A stretch of DNA of 64,000 bases, from positions 62,001-126,000 of the forward strand of contig CT868667.1 of assembly GCA_000165425.1 (NCBI GenBank), given 5' to 3'. A program made the position numbers and the translations under genes. Source of the DNA: Paramecium tetraurelia (lineage: Eukaryota). Below the pieces are notes generated by a model. The model was given only the letters and a program-made list of their open reading frames with translations. It was not told the origin of the DNA and did no database searches. Shown one piece after another: positions 56,778 to 64,000 of this stretch; within the stretch, counting starts at the first letter, position 1, and the number at the start of each line of letters is the position of its first letter.

Positions 56778-57720
56778 ATGTTTGATGGTTATTGTAGGTA
56801 AATAATGTAGCCTAATCGCGTTATGTATAATAAATCAGATTTGGAATGGGGTTTTCAAAGATAGGATTTCTAATTGCAAGGATTACAATGTTCTCTATTT
56901 AAATGTAATAAATATACCAAATCATGCATATTGTATTTGCATGGTTAGATTGGATCAAAGTTGGAAGCTGTTTAATATGCTTTTTTTGCATGTAAAAATG
57001 ATTTCGATTTTTGTTCATTTGATTTTCAAGCCGTTGGATAGTCTTTAGGAGACTTTGTAACATTTGGGTAATTATTGATTTTAATGAATTCTTAAAGAGG
57101 AGGAGAACCTAGCAGTGGTGGTTCGACATTTGAAGGAGAAATATTTGCATATGATTTTGTGGGGAAGGTCGGTGAGCAACCACAGCGTTGATGTATACTC
57201 AGAAGAATGAGATATAAAATGTTTGGTTTTGGATAGTCCATTTTTGGTTTTGGAAGACGTAGTAATAAATTTAATAAAACTAAAACTACATACTCCAGAT
57301 ATTCTAGTTTAAAATTAATAAAGTTCAATTGCCTTTAAATTTAAATATCACTTGTCCTATGCTTTTATTGGCATCAAAGCAAGACAGTCTCATTCCTTAA
57401 TATCATATTGATACAATTTTTAAGGGATATTAAGAACATAAGAGGTATTTGTTATGTAATGCAATCATAATCAACAAAGATCAAGTGAAATCGTATAGAC
57501 CATTATTGCATTCATCCAAACTATGACACCACAAAGCCCATTCAGTCCAACTAAATTTCCTATTCATCTATTGGGTGACTTAGATTAGGAAAAATATATA
57601 GCCAACTGGAATTAAGATTAAATAGAAGATCATGAGAAACTAATCAGTATCTTCTCATCATAAAAATCAGCCTAGATCTAAAAAGATAAGGCTTTGATAT
57701 AATTGTCCAATCTTAAATGA
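56778..57720 (+). pseudogene. Alpha/beta hydrolase (YqkD/ABHD-like) pseudogene
   Basis: LYLHG, FDFQAVGQSLGDFVTFG, LWGRS, LDSPF, ASKQDSLIP and HN motifs are present but lie in different frames; 3' end approximate. Confidence 0.75.
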
Positions 57721-58364
57721 TTTTTATTGAAACTATTTACTTTATACATTAAATTTATATTGTAAATATAATTTATTTTATTATTAATTGCAAAATTATA
57801 AGAAAATTTTATAATGAAATATTTAACATGCGATTTTAAAAATAATAAATTTTTGAATAATTTAATGGAATTGAAAAAATTAATTAACATAATTTAAATG
57901 ATGATCCGCAATTTTGATCTCTCTCATAAATTCAGAAAGTAATCCTTTGCATGGATTCAGAAAATTTAAATCTTATTATAATTGCAATAAGGCAAATTAA
58001 ATGATCAAAAAGGTCATTTTCATAGTCTTATACTCTAAATTACTTTATTTATTAATTTATTATAATATAATGCCACTAATAGAATTCATTTTTATATAAT
58101 ATACCCATTTAACAGATTTAATCAATTTACACCTATTTCAGTATTTAGTAGTATATGTCATGAAATAAATTCTCTAAATAGTTTAGAAAATCTCTTAATC
58201 AACAATTTAATTGAGTTTATTCTGTTATGAATAAAATTGCCTTTAATAGTAAAGATAACCCATCTTATTTTATTATAAAAATCTTTAAAAGATCATTTAA
58301 ATATATTTCCATTATTAAGAATTCTATAATAATATTAAAATTATTGATAAAATTAAGAAAATAG

Positions 58365-61300
58365 ATGATATTACTCATATTAATTCATCTTGTCAACATA
58401 TATACTATTAACATATAAGAGCTTGAATATTATATATACCCGACAGAAGGAGAAGTTTATCAAAACTACTTATATAAGATTCTCAATTTTGGTGAATTAA
58501 TGTGCAAAATCGATCCTTAAATTCCAAATGTATAAGTAATGAATTAATATGAAGAAATATACAGAAAAAAAGGGAATAGTAATTATTAAGCATATTATTA
58601 TAGAATTTAAATCAATTTCATCAAACAATACACACTTTAGTACTTTGTCTTATGAAAATGAAGTATAATTTTATGAGTGGAAGGATTAAATCTTAGAAAA
58701 AATCGGGGAATCCGTAATAATTGATTCTTCGTTTAATTGTTTTACTATCAATTTATCTCAACATTTTTCTATTTTAGTAGATTGTTATTAAAATAATGAA
58801 TTCCTTTTAATTCAGTTAATGGATAAATAATCAAAAAATTGCTTATTAAATATAATCATCTATGCTCAACGTCAACCAAAATATAATCAATTATTAATGG
58901 AACAAATAATTTTATAGTATATGCCTAATATTTTGAAGATTATTCGATACTTTCATTAATTTCATCATCATTTCAAAATTTAAGTAGCTTAAATAATCAA
59001 TTTATTGATTTTGATATACCAATTACAATAACTCCTAATATTTATGTAATTACCTCCCAAGAGTTATTCTAATTATCCATATCTTCAGATTCTCAATTTT
59101 ATTTTAAAGCTAATTTTAGTTAGCAGAATTTGAATAATATTACTAGTATTAATGCCTATTATAATTTTTGGAGTTACTCTTAATGCGATTTTGTTTATTT
59201 ATTATTAGCCAAATATGAAGATTCTTTAATTTAATATAAAACTGCTCGCTACTTAGGGTGTGAAGGGCAAATAAATTTTATGAATGAGGGTTGTCCAATT
59301 TCATCATGTCCTTTTTATAAGACACTTTAAAATACTGAATTTTTAGTTTATATTTCAATTAATAAATTTTATATTGCTCCAAAACTAGCAGGACTACCAA
59401 AATATTAGTCTTATCAAGTTAATTCAAACAATACCCTATTTTATTTGAACAATGATAATGATTTATTTTAATTTGGTCAAGAAATTGTGGTTTATAAAAT
59501 TTCATTACCATCCATACAAATAAACTTGACTGCGTCACAACCTTCAAAAAAATACTAAAATTTTACTTTAATATGTATAGATGAATTTTACCCTATTTAA
59601 TCAAGTTTGGTTAATATTTATTTTTAAATACTATCGATGAATGACACAAATATTTATGTAATGTCAAATTACGGGTCACAAGATTTTGTAGTTTACAATG
59701 ATAATAATAAAACAATTTCTTTATAAGACTATTCAGGCTAATTGCTAAAATACAATATAACCTAAAAAGAACCATATTTTAACTTGAAATAAATAACATT
59801 CTCAAATGTTAGTAAACTTAACTAGAATTATTAATTAGTATAATTTATTTCAATAGATTTTGTTGTAGTTAGCTAATATTTGATAGGATATAATAATTAT
59901 TCAGTCGATATTTTGCTTTGCAATTACATCGAGTAAAACCAATCTTACTAATTCTTTGAAATATGTTCAATCAACATTAGCATAAATGCAAATTATTTAT
60001 AAGCTGCTTATAGCTTTAATCCTTAAATGATGATAATAATAGGACTCCGTGATAATAAAACAATATATTTGTTTAATTATTATAACGATACCAAAAGTAT
60101 AATTAGTTATTCAAATTATACTTTTAGAGATGAATTCTAAGATTTTTTTGTCACCTATAATAATATTTTACTTCTTAGACTAAAAAAAGCAATTGAAATA
60201 ATGACATTTGATTTTACAAATACTTTTACTTTAAATTAATCATCAATAAATAAACTGTTCAATAATATACAATTCAATCCGATATAAATAGCTCTGAATA
60301 CACAATCATAGTCATCTTTACTATATATCAACAATATAAACGAAGTAATAATAATTTCGATTGATTAAAATAGTCTTCCAATACCGATCTAGGTAATTAA
60401 AGTCAATTTCACAATCAAGTATATAAATGTAATAAGTTAATAATTAATTTTATCATATCTATGTAATGATGATAAAAAAAATACATGCTTTCAAGTTTAT
60501 AATGTGTATAATCTACCAAAATACTACTACGTAAAAAATCTTTATAGCGTAAATGTGGATAATAAAGCAATAATATAATCAGATAACCTATTCTTATATG
60601 TAATTTTTAGGAATTACACTGTTTATGTTTATAATCCATCCTTGCCATATCATTAAAGTTTATATTATAAGTTATAATTCGATTCACCAATTTAATTGAC
60701 TGAGTAATTTTATTCAGGCCTTTAATCATCAATAATCATTTCTAACAATTATGTGTATATTCTTTAAAGTAATCAAAACTTTGTCTTAGAATTTTTAAAT
60801 TCAGGCTAACTCTTGGGTAATACAAAAATTTACCCATAATATATTTATTCTATTACTATAACTTCAGCCTTAAATGAGACAGCCTTTTAATAGACTCCTA
60901 ATTAAAGTATTGTTTTATATTCAAACTTCACAGTATTTTTGAATTAAAGAAATTTATCTATAAATCTAACAAAAGATAATATAATTAATAATACTAAAAT
61001 CTTTTCATATCCAATGAATTTAATTCTTGATAGATAAGTTGGATATTGTGGGCCACCAAATCTTGCTTAAACTAATAATTTAAATAAACATTGTAGTTTA
61101 ACTCAAGCATTTTAATATAATTCTACCAGCATTCCTAATTATAGCAACTTTTCTTTAATTACTTCGATAAATAATGAATGCTTTGCTTTACAGAATAACT
61201 CTTACATATAAACAGTAAATAGTGATTTAACATAAGTATCAAGTTTAAGTTATTCAAATCTAAATTTTACCCAATGTCTAAATTCAGCATCAAATGATTA

Positions 61301-62426
61301 CTCATTATATTCAATTTGTGGAAATAGTACTTAATAATATTTGCTTAATTTTACTTTAAATTGTGAAGCCAATATACTATTAAGTGAAACTTTATAATTA
61401 TCCCAAATGTTTTACAGTATTTCCAAAGTCAACACCATTTCTAATCAGATTTTTATTTTAGGTACTCTACAAAATTCATCATAATAATAATTCTTGTATT
61501 GGTTTAATTAATCTAAGCAGAGCTCTTAGATTATATCCGGCGATAAAAGTTATTGTCAAGATTTCTCGATCGCTTTAATTGATACAACAATTTCTGCCAT
61601 TAAATATTAATAATCTTAAATAATTATCTTTTACATTGAATAATATTATAATCATTAAATACTTTTATATCAACTTATGTTAGTTCAAAATAATAGTGAA
61701 TTAAAAAAAGGTGAATCAGTAATGACAAAAAAATGCGACAAGTCATCTTATAATAATTGTACTGAATTAATTCCTTCCTACGTTCTAATTATGAAAACAT
61801 CTTATAATTTAGCAATTATTCTATTGAGTAATTTTGATATGTATCAAATAAGTGAAATAATTAATGTTAGATTAGCAGGGGATGAATCTTAGTTTGGAAT
61901 TTCTAAAACTATCCCTAATTATGGTAATTAAAATAATAGTGGTAATTCTTTTTATTAAAATGGAGTTTTGACTCAATAATTTTAATACAATAATATATAC
62001 ATTGTTGGTTTCTATTATTTGAATAATGACTAGGATGTAATTTTAATGGAAGCAATTTTGACATAAGGTTCATTCAACACCACAATATCTAATTATGCAA
62101 TCATCGTCAATAAATAATATCAAACTGGAGCAGCCTTATATATTTATAAAGACTCTATATATAATTACTCAATAGGTACTTGGAATGTAACATGTCTTTT
62201 GAATTAAAAAACATCAAATTAAGTTAATGTTTCTATATTTTGTAAAAACGAATTTTCAAATGGGATTTATAATATTTCATTTAAAAAGCCTCCATTTAAA
62301 AAATCTAGTAAAAGATGGATATATACTCTGATTTCAATAATTGGTTTACTTATATTATATTTTTACATTAAAGTTAAATAAAGGACAAAAGATTTAGACT
62401 ATATTTCATCAGGTATTGAGTTATGA
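58365..62426 (+). CDS. Large single-pass surface glycoprotein, family copy 3; net +2 frameshift near 58833-58868 (pseudogene or sequencing error)
   Basis: YPTEGE, same intron position, TM and tail ending GIEL*; spliced length 4037 nt is not a multiple of 3. Confidence 0.8.
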
Positions 62427-63493
62427 TATATTATGTTAAATACAACACTAATAATAATCAAAAAAACTGTTTCATTTTACCATAAAAAATAACGACTTAA
62501 TAAATTTATTATTGTTTATTATTTATTAAATATAAAATTTATAGAAAACCAAACTTTTTATTTAATATCATTATAATAAAGCGAAATATATATTCATTTT
62601 ATAATAAATATCGCTTGTCCTTAATTTTATTCATTAACTTATCTTTCCTACATAATCAGAATATATAATGATCTCTTTTTTTCTCTTTAGACAGAATTTT
62701 TGTATTTTTTTTTTTGATGAGGAAACAAGCTTAGTTAAAATTTAAGATGTATTATATATTCATAGGAAATCAGATATAATGAAATCCTTGGTTGATTATC
62801 TAAGTATGCAGCCAATAATATAATAGAACCAATTTGATCATTTAATAAAAGAATCAATTTTTATTCAACTTGATTTGGAGATTCCTATTTTCAAATTTTT
62901 TAATAGAGTTTATTTATCTTTGTAAATAAAGACGTCAATCGATTTGGTCAAGAAAATTCCTCTTGTCTACAAGTGATTTGAAGAGAGAAAATCTTGAATT
63001 ATGGATGAATTATTAATATTTCAATAGTCTAATTATAAAGTGTATTATTCAAAAAAAAAACAAAGTGATTACTATTTGGAAATGCATGGCAGTAAAAAAT
63101 TCTGATGGGAGGAGTTGGTTTTCTTGATGCAAATCACAAATAAGATCTTATATAAATAGAAATAAAATCTGATTAGGTCTGAATTCAATTAAAAAAAATT
63201 TAGGGATTTGGATCCTTATACAACAATCGCTGCTTTGTGATTACTTATCCAATTGATACTATTGTAGAAGAATTGACTCAATAAGATTTTGGTTAAAGAG
63301 TAAATATTTCATTTTCTAATTGTTAAAAAAGATGAGGAATGAAGGATTGTTGTATGATTATGGAGGTTTTGAATTTCCCTCAATAGATTAATTGAAGCAG
63401 CTGCCGTTTAATTTGGCTATTTCGATCATTTAGCAGAGTTATCAACTAGAGATTAGTTTGTTTATTGTTTATTTATAATTGTAATAACCCATA

Positions 63494-63880
63494 TCATATG
63501 TCATCTTCATCATCACTAGACAATTTTCTTCTCTTAAACTATGTAATTTAGACTGTAAATTTACAGTAACTTTTGTTTCTTGTTTTTTCTATCCTTCTGC
63601 TGCTTCTAGTAATTTTATCAATTCATCCTCAGAAAGTTGATTTGTAATCTTCCCTTGTTTGGCCCATTAACAAAGTTAGACTTCGATTAACTCTGCCTTC
63701 TCTGGTTTAACCAATTTGATATTTGCCACTAAACATGAAATATTCAATGTATTTACATCTTTGCTTTGCTTCAGGAGTCAATATTTGGGTCAAAATAGAC
63801 TTTTTGACTTCCTCCATTTGTTCCTTCTATGCTTATTATTATTTAAGCTATTCTAACTATTTCTAATCCAATTGATCCAT
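63494..63880 (-). CDS. PDCD5: Programmed cell death protein 5 homolog
   Basis: SILTQILTPEAKQRLANIKLVKPEKA..LSEDELIKLL..FKRRKLSSDDEDDI*; two introns. Confidence 0.92.
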
Positions 63881-63961
63881 TAATTAATTTATATTATATA
63901 GAAATTATTATAACACATTCGAAATTATTATTAATAATTTTTGAGTTTAAAATTAATTAAA

Positions 63962-64000
63962 ATGGCAACAACCATGTTTCAACAAAATGAGGCCAACTTC
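63962..64000 (+). CDS. Start of a gene running off the window
   Basis: AAAATG context after an AT-rich spacer, reading MATTMFQQNEANF. Confidence 0.45.
   Translation, partial: MATTMFQQNEANF

Overview
AT-rich, gene-dense eukaryotic DNA that reads as a Paramecium-type ciliate macronuclear segment. TAA/TAG encode Gln, TGA is the only stop, and genes carry tiny (about 21-36 nt) GT..AG introns, so the supplied ORF track fragments or misses most genes. I re-read the genes by hand in the ciliate code. Recognisable genes: GH38 alpha-mannosidase (partial), stand-alone TRPM-type SLOG protein, Rab21, U2AF large subunit, pseudokinase-MORN protein, degenerate pepsin-like protein, WD40 protein, TMBIM/lifeguard protein, NT-C2 protein, NAP1, SAXO-like protein, Amt ammonium transporter, Rpp21, CaMK-type kinase, PARG, a frameshifted alpha/beta hydrolase pseudogene and PDCD5. 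The most notable structure is a dispersed three-member family of ~1350-aa single-pass surface glycoproteins. They show patchwork sequence exchange, including a 357-bp identical tract beside an assembly gap, and one copy is frameshifted. Gene packing is extreme in places (an ATGA stop/start overlap, 8-11 nt spacers). No RNA genes, transposons, telomeres or CRISPR arrays were seen. All gene models and family calls are manual, without database searches.
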